From Octopus bimaculoides (Eukaryota), in the NCBI RefSeq assembly GCF_001194135.2, contig NC_068981.1, positions 164,852,753 through 164,916,752 of the forward strand: DNA of 64,000 nucleotides. Reading direction: 5' to 3'. Every line of letters starts with the position of its first letter. Positions within the stretch are counted from its first letter, which is position 1. Under the pieces are notes generated by a model, which did no database searches, was not told where the DNA came from, and worked only from the letters and a program-made list of their open reading frames with translations. Positions 24,960 to 40,201 of this stretch are shown here, one piece after another. Both the position numbers and the translations under genes were made by a program.

Positions 24960-25620
24960 ATGTGCAGTTCTTCGTTAGTTCCGCAGCTGGCCATTGTTTT
25001 ATATATGATTAAATCATTCATCATATAACGAAAGGAATTTATGGTTTGTCCATAACATTGTCCATAACATTGGCTGATTGATTTAGGAGATATGTAAATA
25101 GAATCAGTAACAAAGAAATGTAGTATAATTAAGGAGACTCCTTGAAATTCCTCTTTTTCTGCAGACAGGGTTGTTGTTTTTTTATCATCTGTATATATTA
25201 CAGTGCTGATGAAAAACTTCCCGCTTTAATATCTTGTGGTTGATATAATGTCTTGATGTCGGAGCTGGTTTGTTTATCTACAATGGCTCCAACATGTTCG
25301 GGTCTGATATGCTGTCTAAAGCTTTTCAGTAATCTATTCTCATCATGTTTAGATTTTGCTTTTTTAAATAACAGTTTGATTTACCAATAGCTGTTCTTTA
25401 AATCCATACTCTCTTTCAGACGCCGTTTCAATTCTCCTTGTAAGATTTTACTATTTCTTAGATGAACAGTCAATCTGTTTAAAAGTATAGTTGTCAGCAC
25501 ATAGTATATCGCTGAAGAAGTCGAATACGCTGTTTTAATGGTGTTTTTGTTTAATAGATGTGATATAATCTTCCTCCCTCTGTAGTAAGCAGTCGGTTGT
25601 TGATCATTCATTTTATTGCG
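24960..25620 (-). pseudogene. R4/Dong-like LINE reverse-transcriptase fragment
   Basis: Minus strand with frameshifts: TTILLNRLTVHLRNSKIL; GFKEQLLVNQ; KALDSI; KRGI(F)QG.S; INSFRYMMNDLIIY. These match the R4-type GCKEQLLID / KAFDS / GIFQGDSLS / INHLLYMDDLKLY series. Confidence 0.7.
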
Positions 25621-25784
25621 AGTTGCTAACAGACATTATAGTTTGCTTTTTTTTAAATTTGAAAACGGAAACAACTATACAAATATATACATGAAAACAT
25701 CAACAATCAACACCGAATATATATATATATATACACATGTTCATACATACACATACACACACATACATACATACATACATACAT

Positions 25785-25838
<54 letters not shown>

Positions 25839-26849
25839 TTGTATAGTTGTTTNNNNNNNNNNNNNNNNNNNNNNNNNNNNNNNNNNNNNNNNNNNNNNNN
25901 NNNNNNNNNNNNNNNNNNNNNNNNNNNNNNNNNNNNNNNNNNNNNNNNNNNNNNNNNNNNNNNNNNNNNNNNNNNNNNNNNNNNNTATATATACATACAC
26001 ATATATATAAAATCAACACCGCACATCACAATTACGAGTATTTCAACAAAATTATCAACACCAACAAGCACGACAGTATGAATAAAAAGCAACATCTAAG
26101 TCTAGAGAATTAACCATTATATGAAATGACAATTGTATAATGAGGAAGCATCTCTGTGGCGATTTGAAGTACTAGAAATAAATACTAGATAGTCCTCAAG
26201 CCATACTCTACCAGCCTAAGAATGAAGGATACATTGAAAAATGTTGCTCGAGAAAAACGAAAAGACGGCATGTGTATGGCTGAAACATCTTTGATCATAA
26301 ATGTTCTCCATCTGGGAAAACTTGCTCTAAGCAACAACAACAGCAACGGCAACACTGGAAGTGGTTGGTAGCAGAATCTAATTTCTAAACAATATCTTTC
26401 ACTGTTATTTTTACAATTTATTTGGCAGTTTCTGAATCGTTCAGGAGAATACGTCCACCAAATTCGCAGGTAGCGGCGCCCTTAAGCAATTCAGATCTTC
26501 CTCACAATATCCAAAATATAAAAGAAGACATTGGTTTCCTCTCTGACACTGCAAACCAAGAAACCATAAGTAACCCCCAACACTGCATCGTGCAAGGAAT
26601 AAAGAAATGAACAATCAGGCCAAAATGACATAACGAGTAATACATCAGTAAGAGGTTGCAATGCTAGTTATTTGCAAGCTTATAAATGATAAAGTTTCCT
26701 TCGAGAAAAGGTGACAGAATAGCATTTCATTATTTTGTATATTGTTATAAAATAGCATTGTCAGTTTAAGCGGACGATGATGTAGTAAAAAGAAATGGCA
26801 CTAAGGCACCTTCCTTAAACCGAGCGATGTTCGGCTACCAAGTATTATC

Positions 26850-27915
26850 CTAATGCAATACGAGGTAGTGACAGGAACCAAGATAAACCAGGAGATTTAC
26901 TAGAGCCTGCAGCTCGGCACCTAGTAGAACATGTCCATACCATCCAACAGCATTCTGAGATGCCGGATGGACCGGTTCGATTGATCGAGGTTTTGTTTGG
27001 TCCTGATCTCTAAGTGGACAAGAACTGCAGGGTGGTTGCTCCTCCAGAAATGGGTGGAGAGAAAAGTAGCTCTGTAGAGTTAGACGGAGGCGGCAAATAC
27101 CTACATCATATCCGTCATGTACTACCGCTTGACTTTGTCTAGCTTCAGAGCAGAACAAAACGGGAATCTTGGTCTTCCGCTTGTCACACGGTCCATTTGC
27201 TGCCAGATTCCGTTGAACGGAAGGTAGGGCATACCTTAGCTAATAATGTACCTACATGTGCTGAGACCATGACATCTCCAGCGTTTCCTTGATGGTAAGT
27301 GTGTGTTCTCGACATTTGCATATGTCTTTTGTCTCTTTGACAGAGATGCAGTCCTAGATCAAACATTGTCCGAAACAAGGTGCGTGGAACCTAGAATGCC
27401 ATCAGGCACTCACAACACTCTACCAATCGAGCAACGCAGTCGTTGGATGATCTACCGTGGAGTTCTGTAGAGAATTAGTTATTAGAGTTAAAGAATTAGG
27501 GTAAGAGCGTATTAGATGAGACTCTAGGTGTCGATGAAAAATTAACTAGTTTTCCAGAAGACTTTTGGGCCGTGGCTCCTGGATAGTTTCCCGAAATTTC
27601 TAGCCTGGCAGAGGTACCGTGAATTGGTAAGTAGTGGTATTGCCGGTTTCGATTAAGCTGTACAGGCATAGCAATACCATCCGTTGTACTTGCCTGAGAA
27701 GAACCGTCAGCGACGAAACTGCCATGCATGCGCTCGACAATGCTCGAGCACTGCTGACTTGTCTAACTATGCTGAACAATTGCTATCATGTGTAGGACGG
27801 AGCCGGTTATCTGCCAACTTCATCGTTAAGATTACCAGTCACTTGTCTTTGGCAAGGAAGCGCAGTCACTTTTCCTCTGTCTGGAGGAAGAGGTTGTGTG
27901 ATGGAGGAAACTAAA
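26850..27915 (+). pseudogene. L1/Tx1-clade LINE ORF2 fragment (RT C-terminus to zinc knuckle)
   Basis: YEVVTGTKINQE; DGPVRLIEVLFGPDL*VDKN; KWVERKVAL..TEAANTYIISVMYYRLT; LPLVTRSICCQIPLNG; CLR..DETAMHAL (CCHC-like). Multiple stops and frameshifts. Confidence 0.78.
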
Positions 27916-28013
27916 AGAACTGAAGACAAACACTTTCTCGTTCGAACTTGCTGGCCTTGAACCACAATTAGAAACAATTATTCTTGTTGTTGCTGTTGTT
28001 GTTGTTATTATTA

Positions 28014-28226
28014 AAGTGGCGTGCTGGCAGAATCATTAGCACGCCGGGGGAAATTCTTAGCGGCATATCATCTGTCACTACGTTCTGAGTTCAAATTTCG
28101 CCGAGATCGACTTTGCCTTTCATCCTCTCGAGGTCGATGAAATAAGTACCAGTCAAGTGCTGGGGTCGATGTAATCGATTAGTCCTCTTCCCCAAAATTT
28201 CAGGCCTTGTGCCTATAGTAGAAATG

Positions 28227-28280
<54 letters not shown>

Positions 28281-28282
28281 TG
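28014..28282 (+). mobile_element. MetaSINE-core SINE with (ATT)n tail
   Basis: GTGGCGTGCTGGCAGAATC head and core GACTTTGCCTTTCATCCTCTCGAGGTCGATGAAATAAGTACCAG, followed by (ATT)n. Confidence 0.88.
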
Positions 28283-29058
28283 TATTATCATCATCACCAT
28301 CATCATCGTTAATATAATCATTATTATCGCTACATTATCATCATTGAACATTATTACAAATTGTTAAAAATAAAAGAATTGCATTGTTTTCGAAATGTTT
28401 TTAGTTCTGTTGGTGGTAGTTAGACGAGAAGGAGAAAAAAATATCAATTATCGATTTCCGAATTGATGTACTCAAGGGAGGAATGGAAAAGTATTTGTCT
28501 GTCTGTGCAACTCTGGTACCATGATTTTTGTTTTTATTTTTTGACGGTATGTTCTATAAAAGAATGTTTAATTAGCGATATATTGACACCTAAATCAATG
28601 TGTGAACCCTGGTAAGACGGTTAATTACCGAACACATGGTTGGTCGACTAAAATCGATAGTCAGCCCCTTTAAGAACTACGTCGTTTGCATTGCTTATAT
28701 CAAATATACTGATTTCTCGAGTTTTCTACTTGTTTCAACACATACAAAAAAAAAAATGTCTATTGTCATAGTTGGATATATTAATCAACTCACACAGAAC
28801 CAATCAGCTTCGAATAATGTCATCGATATATAACCAGTTCAGAATCCGATAATCTATCATGTTTTTACAGATAATGGAACACGGCTACTACAAGAAATAT
28901 TCTGTAAGGACATAGAAATGTTACATCCATTAATCCGCCATCGTTTAAATCAATGATGTTTCTCATTGATCTACGTCCATAGTCTTCAATAATATCAGTA
29001 GCGCGGCACAATACAAATTTGCCAATCTTAATAACATACTAATACGCCTCAGATGTTT

Positions 29059-29091
<33 letters not shown>

Positions 29092-29278
29092 TTGATGTTG
29101 ACCAGGAGGAGGGCGGTGATCTTGATAATGGTGGTGACAATGTGTCTTCAAAGGCGTTTACGAGCATACAATGAAAGATGATGGTAATGATGATGATGAT
29201 ATCAATCAGGATATGATCATTCCTATCGCTTCTTGTCAGTCATCGTCTCACTTTGCTTTAGATATCATGCCTTATATA

Positions 29279-29313
<35 letters not shown>

Positions 29314-30134
29314 AGTAATATATGCATGTTTGCATGCACACACACGCACGCACACACACATACACGCGCACGCACGCACATATTTATATGAGTGTATTCA
29401 GCTGGCTATGATGTTTTAAAGCCTTTTTGTCTCACGCGAGAATTGTTCTCCGTGACAGTGCAGTGAAAAGCCTTTATAGGTCCAAATATCTTTCATACAC
29501 AGTTGAACTGGCCTTAAAGCTTGTATTCTCTCTGTCACTGTTACGCACACCTGCTCACTAACATATATATACATATAAATCACAGTGGACACTAAGAATG
29601 ACTTCAATGCCTAGCATCTTTATTCGTAATACGTTCCAGCAGATTCGAACTTGAACATGCTACTCGCCGGTGTGTGTTTCGCCACAGGAGAACAACTTTT
29701 CCTTTACGCCAAATATGTGTTCATAACACTCGATTCATTAGCACAAGGTATTCTGGGACAGCCGGTATTTCTCGTCAGCCAGACTAATGTATATAACAAG
29801 AAGTGATGTTCTTATTTATAACTCCAGTGAATAAACGTTTCGCTGATCCGTGCTATGTCCCAACTGATAAGAAACCGTCACATGCATGGTGAACAGCGAG
29901 AATCAAAACAATGAATTGTATACAAGTGTATATAACAGTTCTTATGACTGAACATCCTTTTGCTTAATGTTTCATACACGAAGACAATTTTCAGGTGGAG
30001 TTGGTATTTAGAAAGGATGGAGAGAAAGAGAAATGAAGAGAACGAAATAGAGAGACAGAGAGAGAAAAAGAGAGACGAAGAGGGAGAGAGAGAGAAAGTT
30101 GAAGAGAGATAGAGAGAGACAGAGAGAGAGCGGA

Positions 30135-30150
30135 ATAGATAGATAGATAA

Positions 30151-30203
<53 letters not shown>
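30135..30203. repeat. (GATA)n microsatellite
   Basis: Direct reading. Confidence 0.97.
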
Positions 30204-31245
30204 AAGTACGTAGCATAAATATATATTNNNNNNNNNNNNNNNNNNNNNNNNNNNNNNNNNNNNNNNNNNNNNNNNNNNNNNNNNNNNNNNNNNNNNNNNN
30301 NNNNNNNNNNNNNNNNNNNNNNNNNNNNNNNNNNNNNNNNNNNNNNNNNNNNNNNNNNNNNNNNNNNNNNNNNNNNNNNNNNNNNNNNNNNNNNNNNNNN
30401 NNNNNNNNNNNNNNNNNNNNNNNNNNNNNNNNNNNNNNNNNNNNNNNNNNNNNNNNNNNNNNNNNNNNNNNNNNNNNNNNNNNNNNNNNNNNNNNNNNNN
30501 NNNNNNNNNNNNNNNNNNNNNNNNNNNNNNNNNNNNNNNNNNNNNNNNNNNNNNNNNNNNNNNNNNNNNNNNNNNNNNNNNNNNNNNNNNNNNNNNNNNN
30601 NNNNNNNNNNNNNNNNNNNNNNNNNNNNNNNNNNNNNNNNNNNNNNNNNNNNNNNNNNNNNNNNNNNNNNNNNNNNNNNNNNNNNNNNNNNNNNNNNNNN
30701 NNNNNNNNNNNNNNNNNNNNNNNNNNNNNNNNNNNNNNNNNNNNNNNNNNNNNNNNNNNNNNNNNNNNNNNNNNNNNNNNNNNNNNNNNNNNNNNNNNNN
30801 NNNNNNNNNNNNNNNNNNNNNNNNNNNNNNNNNNNNNNNNNNNNNNNNNNNNNNNNNNNNNNNNNNNNNNNNNGGGTGGGTACTGGTGCCTTAAGGGGGG
30901 AGAGAAAAAGGAGGCGTTGGGAGGAAGGTAGTGAATTAGGGAACGCTATAAATTTACTATAATATTATTATAGTACTGTATACAAATTATATAATATTAT
31001 ATTAAATATCAAATGATTCATAGTATATATAAATTAGTAAAATATAAAATATTTACACATAAAACTTCAGGTTGTTGTAAGACACCTGGATATATCTACA
31101 GTGACTAGTTTTGAGATATATCTTGCGGATGTTATGTTATGCATCGCCAGTGATGTTTCTGGAATCTCAAAGTGTTTCGAGTCTTTCCTGACCAGGCCTC
31201 TTCACCCGATTGACTCTGCCGGGATATCATATTTACGATCAACAC

Positions 31246-31553
31246 CAGTGGTTCTCAACAATTTTTTGTGTATAGACCTCTTTGGTTACTATTCTATTTT
31301 GATGTATTCCCATAGCTATTCGATGTTTAAATCCTAGTGTTATAGACAACTCTTTCAAAATTCCTTTTATTGATTTGCACACAGTAACTTTTGTAGGTTG
31401 AATAATACAAAACGTTCGAGGAAGAAACGTAAATTTTCTCATGAGCCCTTAAAACACTACTGTAGATCCCCGAAATACTATTTTCCTTGCATGGACACCT
31501 CTCCCTACACATGTACTCCCAGGAGTCATGTGGACCTTAGCTAAGAACAACTG
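31246..31553. mobile_element. hAT (Charlie-type) non-autonomous element
   Basis: Termini CAGTGGTTCTCAAC and GCTAAGAACAACTG (degenerate TIR). Sub-terminal similarity to the 54810-55700 element. Confidence 0.65.
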
Positions 31554-32313
31554 TTCTACGCTGTAAGTCTTTCTGTACATCCACCTCTCTCCCTCTCTCT
31601 TCTCACACACACACTCGCGCGAATACACGTTTACATTTGCCGAATTTTCCTAATTTCCTCACCACTAAGTCACCCTTATCACACCATCACCATCAAACCA
31701 CAGCCACCGACACTTCATAAATGTACCACCACTAATAACAACAGCATCAATCAACAACACAACCGATACCATCATTATGAGACAAACGTCACTATCACTT
31801 GTCATTAGTACTGCGTATACCATCAACACTGCCACATAATACCAGCATTAGCAATATGGCCAGCCGCAAGCGCGACCACTATCACCAGCATTTCCATCAC
31901 GTCGACAAACATTCCCACCGCCAGTTCAAATACTATCATCAACATACACAAGACCTCGCGTTGTTAATACCACTGCTACCTCAATCAAACACTAAACCCA
32001 CCATCGTCTACACCAAACCCGACTATCACATTTAATTGTACTAGCACAAAAATATAATAGTTTACTCATTAAGTTTGTCCGCAACACACGGCGTGTCACA
32101 GATTGGCGAAACTCCAATTGTAATGAGATTCTACAGCCTTCAGCTATTGTTAAACAAATATATATATTATGTTTTCTTTAGAAACAAGTATTAAGTCATT
32201 TATATGATTGCTTTCAGTTATATATTTATGTGCGCTTGTGTGTATGTATTTATGTATGCATGTATATAAGCATGTATTATGTATATATGTATGTATGTAT
32301 GTATGTATATATG

Positions 32314-32580
<267 letters not shown>

Positions 32581-32786
32581 CAAAATAGTTCAAAAAGATT
32601 CAAACGTCGTGGTATATTGGAGCGATTTTTCATCAACGGAAGAAATCCATAAGTATATCCAGGGGTAATCCGAGTGGAGAGCTGGTATGTAGATGAGGAG
32701 AGGTGCAGAAAGTACAGGTAGTAGTAAGTCAGAAGTATAGGAGCTTAAAGCAAGATACACACACACATATATACATACATACGCAC

Positions 32787-32817
<31 letters not shown>

Positions 32818-33645
32818 CGAGAGAGAGAGTACTGATCTATCCAACAACCTAACCACTAAGCCACGCGCCTCCACCTGATAAGAAGTATTGTAATTATAAA
32901 GCATTTAAGGAAAACGCACAATATTAAGTATGTGTCATGAATAATATTTACATCATAAGATCTGCTTCTAATTCAAAAATTAATTTTATCTTACTTTTGT
33001 AGCGTAGTTGCACATCAGTAGATAGAATTTACGCTATCTGTATATACCACAGACTAGTGATCGAATTCAATTCCAAGGTGATTCAAGTACACGGTGCAGA
33101 AATAAGAGCGAAATATCGGTATCTACCCTTCTTGTTTCCGACAGGGTGATTTGTTTCGCCTGGTTTTGAGATAGGCAGTGTTTTTTTGTAACACTTAAAA
33201 CCTTGAAGGGAATTTCAAAGGATTAAATATTGCGGCGGAAAAACTTTCAACACAAAACACATACATTAAGCATATGACATCAATAATGCCTATATTAATA
33301 GAACTGATTCCAATTCAAAATTTGTTTAGGATCATAGGTGAGTGAAAGCTGCGAAAATGGCAAGAGTGGATGGTACCTTTCGAAGTGTAGACCTGTGAGT
33401 CAGAGAAAGGCAATTGGAAAGGGCACTTGCCCTTGTAGTTCAGAGACATGTTGGACAGTGGAGTTTCTCGACAATCCCTAGAGGTCATCCTTTATCAGGA
33501 CTACATCTCTACCACCCCACTTTTTTTTTACCTTTATATATTATGTACATTTCCTTTCCTTTTCATTGTATACCGTGTAAATTTACTTCTTTTTACTTCT
33601 TTATTTATTTTATCATTATCCTTTGCCCTGGTGGCAATAAATGAA

Positions 33646-33646
<1 letters not shown>

Positions 33647-33704
<58 letters not shown>

Positions 33705-33813
33705 CATCATCATCATCATCATCATTATCGTTGTCGTCGTCGTCGTCGTCATCATCATAGTCATCATCGTCATTGCTCATTATAACAGGTTTTGTAGGGG
33801 CTCCTGGAGTCTT

Positions 33814-33859
<46 letters not shown>

Positions 33860-33886
33860 CAGCAGCAGCAGCAGCAGCAGCAGCAC
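33647..33886. repeat. Compound trinucleotide microsatellites (ATT/ATC/GTC and GTA/GCA)
   Basis: Direct reading. Confidence 0.96.
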
Positions 33887-34554
33887 AATCACTCTTCGTA
33901 GTATTTCGTGATACTGGTAGAGATGTTACTAATGGATTCGACGATGATATTAGTAGTGGCGGCGGTGATGTTGGTGGTGGTTGTGGAATAGTGTGACGGT
34001 GTTGCTAGAAAATGCTAGTGCCGGTACTGTGCAACATGATGTACTACTTACTGGTTGCTGTAATCAAGTCTTACAACGACAATAGATGTAGGAGTAATGA
34101 TAGGGGTGTTAGAGACGGCATTGTTTATAGTAATCCTGCTGGAGCGTGTAGAGACAAAGAACATAGTTGATGTTGCAGCTGTTGTTGTTGTCGTTCGTGC
34201 TGTCAGTCCTGATCAAACGGATGTATGGCACGTCAATAGCCTATGTTGATTGTCTTGAGGTGTTTTATAAATCTATATCCCCAGACAGACCATACATCTG
34301 CAAAAAGATATCACTATTTTTACTCTTGAATATGCATTTGTTTACTCTCCGTGGTTCAGTTATGCCGTCTGGATCATATTTGCAGAATTTTTCCCCCCCC
34401 ACTGTCCATTCTCCTTTCCTATGGCAGTATTTTTGTTGTTGCTGTTGCAGTTCCGCCTTAGGTCAACCCTCATCTAGTAAAACTATACTTAAAGGTATAT
34501 AGACATTACCAATACCAACGGACAGCCTACTTCTCTTACTGCTATAGTCATGGA

Positions 34555-34555
34555 A

Positions 34556-34621
<66 letters not shown>

Positions 34622-34640
34622 CAGCAGCAGCAGCAGTAGC
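34555..34640. repeat. (TAG)n/(CAG)n microsatellite
   Basis: Direct reading. Confidence 0.96.
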
Positions 34641-34709
34641 AGCAACAACGACAACCTATAGTATTAGTATGTCCAAGCAAATTTATGATTTTGATTGAAA
34701 TTTGAATAG

Positions 34710-34990
34710 GAGAACAGAAGAAGCGTCACATGTTCAAGACTGAAAAGTACGCCAGTTTAGCTAACAGCTTAAAGGGAATCCAACTTCCGATTCACGGTTC
34801 TCCACCATAGAGTCTGGAACCAGAGGTTTTGTGGGTAAATCTGCTTACGAGCTAACGAAACAATTCTCAGTGTCTGCCAAGAAAAAGACCAAAGCCGTAA
34901 CGGCAATATCAAGAATAGCGGAGGTGTTTCCGCTGAATCTGGTCGAAGAGGAACAAAAACGACCTCCATACCGTTTGAAGGCAATGTTTT
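34710..34990 (+). pseudogene. RLE-LINE C-terminal fragment (HERO-like)
   Basis: EEA.HMFKTEKYASL...TIESGTRGFVGKSAYELTKQF...AISRIAE matches the K..KY / EVG.RGFVG.S / S.AAE motif series. Confidence 0.65.
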
Positions 34991-35878
34991 GCGATGTTAC
35001 TTCCCTTAACATTAACATTAAAAAAAAACAACATATTTTTGTATGCTAAAGCTAAGGGAAGTAACTCTGAATGAATCACTGTGATGACATTGAGGTTTCG
35101 TCTCTTCAACGGAGAAGAGTGAACGGAGAGGAGTTACAACGGAGAGAAGTTACAACTAGATGAAATCCCCAGGCCGTTTAAATGAACAAGTCTCCGATAT
35201 CGAAGTCGCTAAACAGAGTCAGCAGGAGGGCACACAGAGAGTCAGATCCTGGATGCGACCCGCCCGGCCCGGCCTCCTTTGAGTGTTAAAGATGTTAATG
35301 GCCGAAACATTTGCGTGAGAGCTTCTGCTGTTCGGTTCTCTTAAGAGCAGTGCCCATTCCTTGTGATCGCCCGCGCTTAGGACTATACTATTCAATGTTT
35401 TATTTTATTTTGTTTTTTATTCCTTTTTTTTAATTATCAGATACTAGGATGTGATCTGAGGGAGGTTGGGAACTATTTTAGCGGGTACAGCAAACACTGT
35501 CGAAGCGTTGACGTTAGTTTCGTTGTTTTAGTTAATGCTGTTATTGATGCGGGTAATGGTATTGGTGGTGGTNNNNNNNNNNNNNNNNNNNNNNNNNNNN
35601 NNNNNNNNNNNNNNNNNNNNNNNNNNNNNNNNNNNNNNNNNNNNNNNNNNNNNNNNNNNNNNNNNNNNNNNNNNNNNNNNNNGTGGCAGTGGTGAATGCT
35701 TTGTAATTGAATGATTACTAATGAGATGAATGAGTGGTAAAATGACAAGAAGGTTGATGAAGATGTTGAGGGTGTTGGTGGTGATGGTAGAGTCGGTGGT
35801 AGTGGTAGTGGTAGTAACAATAACGACGACGACAAATACGATGACGACAGTGACGAAGACGACGATGATGATGATGAC

Positions 35879-35909
<31 letters not shown>

Positions 35910-36755
35910 CTGTTGATGTCGGCGTTGACAATATTGTTTAAATTCTTGACATATGATACACGAGACTAAGGCTTGAGAAATTGTTCTTTTCATAATAATC
36001 TTCGATAATTTGTTTTATTTCCTTTTATTTTATATCACTTTATTTATTTCACTCAATTTCATTTTATCTATTTGTTTGTTTGTTTGTTTGATTTTTGTTT
36101 TTATATGACCGTATCCCTTGTAAATTTCTTCTAAGTCTGGATTCTTTAAACTATGCAAACATAGTTTTAACGGAAATACATTGAAGATTCATGTGAACAT
36201 AGAGAAATGTCCACTGGTTCCTTGTATTAAACAGACTCACATGTAACCTAGCAAATTTGAAGAACTTGACTATAGAATGTTTAGAATACGGTAACTTCTC
36301 ACTGACGTCATAGAAACATAAGAGACAGTGTAAATAGCGACCAATTTTTTACTGAGGAACTGTGCTACTTAAGATACACACACACACACACGCACACATA
36401 CAGACACACACATACATAGTCATACAAACACACACACATGCACGCACGTACATACAGACACACACACCCATAACGGTGACAATAGCTGCAAAACCAAATG
36501 GTCAAAGAATGAGCCGCTATATGTTTGTTATATTTGCTAAAAATAGCGACTAAATCTTTCGTAAAGCATGGCCTATCGCTAAAGAAAAGGAAGAGGAAAT
36601 ATGTGAGTCCTGGTCGTTGTTGTCTTAGTACAATTACTCCTAGAGGTAAAAAAAAAACAAGGTCATAGTCACGATTTCTCAGTTGTTGATCATATGCCTT
36701 ATCCTGATAAACCAGAACCGAGAAGGGTCTGAACAATGTATACACAATCTGAGAC

Positions 36756-36801
<46 letters not shown>

Positions 36802-38111
36802 CCACTTTCAACAAATACACAGAAACTTGCTTATGGTCGTCCGCAGAAACTGACGACGATTATAGTCTCCTTTATCTGTGGATGTTTAAATGCTCGTATA
36901 TTTGAGTCTATCATGCGCTACTTCGGTTTAAACTAGGCAATTCGTGCGCGTATTGATCACTTTGGTGTTATACACGTAACAGAAAAAAAAAATGCATATA
37001 CAAATAGAAAGATAAGAAAGAAAGAGAATGTCTTATTTTGTGATATATTTTCGTATGTAATGAAATAATGCATTAATTTTTTCAGTCTTCCTCCGTTCCA
37101 AATTTCTCTCCTTTCGTTCCTTCGAGTTTGTTGTATATTTCTTTCGTTAACATACAATCACTCTTATATACTCTTTCATTCCTTGTAATTAAATGTACTT
37201 CTCGGCTACATATTGCATTTACAATTACTGAGCTTATTGCTCTTTCCTGCAATCACTCACACATTCAAAAACGCAAATCCATAATACAGTGAAACTTCGT
37301 TTATTCGATCATGAATTATCCAAATTTCGGATTATATAATCAAGATCTGACAGTTACGTAAATAATTACTATGTGTAACCTTCACCCATTTCAAAAACAC
37401 AGACCTCACAAGCCTCTTACGAAGTCTGTTGTCTGTTTCAAAAGCGAGAAAAGACAAACGCTATTCATATCATCTCACCAGACACCTATGAAGTATGAAC
37501 ATTGTGTAACTAGAACACTCCAAATGTTGGTCCAAACTATCAATTTGTATCTCACTTGGCGAAAGCAATTCCTTGACATAGGTAGCGTTACAGCCCAACC
37601 ACTGGTTTTTTTTTCACAACCAAAAAGTATAACAGCACTTAATAGTTATTACCATTCTAGAAAACTCTGATGAAACTCACAGTAGAGTGTTGCTCCAACA
37701 TCAGGGAATAGGGCCACTCAACAAATTGGCACAAAATGATCTATAGGTACGATCTAGCTTTTAAGATACAATCTTTCTTTCTGTGTTTTCTACTACTATA
37801 GTAATGGCTTCTGCTCCCTGGAGCTGGATGGCCTCGTAAAAACCTCTACTAGTGTGCTCCCGATTTAATCGTGTTTCCTCCATTGTTGCATCTAACTGCA
37901 AAGCCAATACGCCCACACACACAAACACACACACACACACGCATACACACACTCGCGCATACACACACACACACGGTTTGGAATTCATTAATTGATACTA
38001 TACTTACTTGATTATTTACTGTGAAACATGTGTATTGAACTCTATCAACTGGTTATTAGTATTGCCATACCTCAGCGGAATCATGATGTGTGTGTGTATA
38101 TATATATGTCT

Positions 38112-38420
38112 AGGCACGGGAGTCGCTGTGTGATAAATTATTATTGTATATTTAAAATTGTAAATATTTAATCGATACAGCTACTTCACCCCTTTTGTGT
38201 TTGTCTGTTCTTGTTCGTCCCCTCTTTGTAATGCCTTTATGGCAAATATTTTTGAAATAAAGTAGCTTGCTTACCAACCACATGGTTCCGGGTTTAGTCC
38301 CACTGCGTGGCAACTTGGGCAAGTGTCTTCTACTATAGCCTCGAGCCGACCAAAGGCTTGTGAGTGGATTTGGTAGACGGAAACAGAAAGAAGCCCGCCG
38401 TATATATATGTGTGTGTACG
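38112..38420 (+). mobile_element. Microsatellite-containing tRNA SINE, 5' part (split by ~125-bp insert, runs into gap)
   Basis: GGCACGGGAGTCGCTGTGTG (38112), then AGTAGCTTGCTTACCAACCACATGGTTCCGGGTTTAGTCCC...GAAGCCCGCCGTATATA. Confidence 0.8.
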
Positions 38421-39325
38421 TGTATNNNNNNNNNNNNNNNNNNNNNNNNNNNNNNNNNNNNNNNNNNNNNNNNNNNNNNNNNNNNNNNNNNNNNNNNNNN
38501 NNNNNNNNNNNNNNNNNNNNNNNNNNNNNNNNNNNNNNNNNNNNNNNNNNNNNNNNNNNNNNNNNNNNNNNNNNNNNNNNNNNNNNNNNNNNNNNNNNNN
38601 NNNNNNNNNNNNNNNNNNNNNNNNNNNNNNNNNNNNNNNNNNNNNNNNNNNNNNNNNNNNNNNNNNNNNNNNNNNNNNNNNNNNNNNNNNNNNNNNNNNN
38701 NNNNNNNNNNNNNNNNNNNNNNNNNNNNNNNNNNNNNNNNNNNNNNNNNNNNNNNNNNNNNNNNNNNNNNNNNNNNNNNNNNNNNNNNNNNNNNNNNNNN
38801 NNNNNNNNNNNNNNNNNNNNNNNNNNNNNNNNNNNNNNNNNNNNNNNNNNNNNNNNNNNNNNNNNNNNNNNNNNNNNNNNNNNNNNNNNNNNNNNNNNNN
38901 NNNNNNNNNNNNNNNNNNNNNNNNNNNNNNNNNNNNNNNNNNNNNNNNNNNNNNNNNNNNNNNNNNNNNNNNNNNNNNNNNNNNNNNNNNNNNNNNNNNN
39001 NNNNNNNNNNNNNNNNNNNNNNNNNNNNNNNNNNNNNNNNNNNNNNNNNNNNNNNNNNNNNNNNNNNNNNNNNNNNNNNNNNNNNNNNNNNNNNNNNNNN
39101 NNNNNNNNNNNNNNNNNNNNNNNNNNNNNNNNNNNNNNNNNNNNNNNNNNNNNNNNNNNNNNNNNNNNNNNNNNNNNNNNNNNNNNNNNNNNNNNNNNNN
39201 NNNNNNNNNNNNNNNNNNNNNNNNNNNNNNNNNNNNNNNNNNNNNNNNNNNNNNNNNNNNNNNNNNNNNNNNNNNNNNNNNNNNNNNNNNNNNNNNNNNN
39301 NNNNNNNNNNNNNNNNNNNNNNNNN

Positions 39326-39367
<42 letters not shown>

Positions 39368-40163
39368 GCAGACAGAGACAGAGAAAGAAAGAAAGAAAGA
39401 AATAAAGAAAGGAAAAAAGGGGGAGACGGACTAAGAGGCATACTGAAATAAGACATTCCAAAGTTTTTGTGCGTATAAATTTTTCAATGTATGTGTTTAT
39501 ATTAATATACAGCTATGTTTAAATTTACGGTTTAATTCTATGTTTCGTTTCATAATTTTTTTGGCAAATTATATGTCTCATATTTCTGAAAGAATTATAT
39601 GTAATTAGACCGCAGCATTTTCATTAATATATGTTGAATAGAACAAACTACTATAATGTTTATTCATCAATTTAATGTTTTGCTGATTTATAATATCTGG
39701 TTACATCGTGGAAGAGACACAGCAGTCATCTAAAACGCACTCCTCTGCATGGTTATATACAGTTTTTTGTTGTAATTGGTGGTAGTATTACAGACAAATT
39801 TCGCCATACTATTACTACCAAGTCACTGAAGTTATTCTGTAGACGGGGGTCTCTCCCACACACATACACACAGACAGACAGACATACACACGTGCACATG
39901 GTGTGTTTGGTCATTTTGAGGCCCGGTGGAATGCTAAGCCTCTACGAGTTTTGACTACAGTCGATTCCTTCACCCTTAAATGATAAAAGCAAGCTGAACC
40001 TGTGGTAATTGAACTCAGAGGGAAAAGAGTCGGAGCAATTAACGCAAGGCAATCTACCTCACTAACGACTCAGCTAATTTGTCAAATCACACACAAAAAA
40101 TACACATACATATACGCATTTCTCACTCTCTCTCAGTCTGCATGTGTGTGTGTGTGTGTGCGT

Positions 40164-40201
<38 letters not shown>
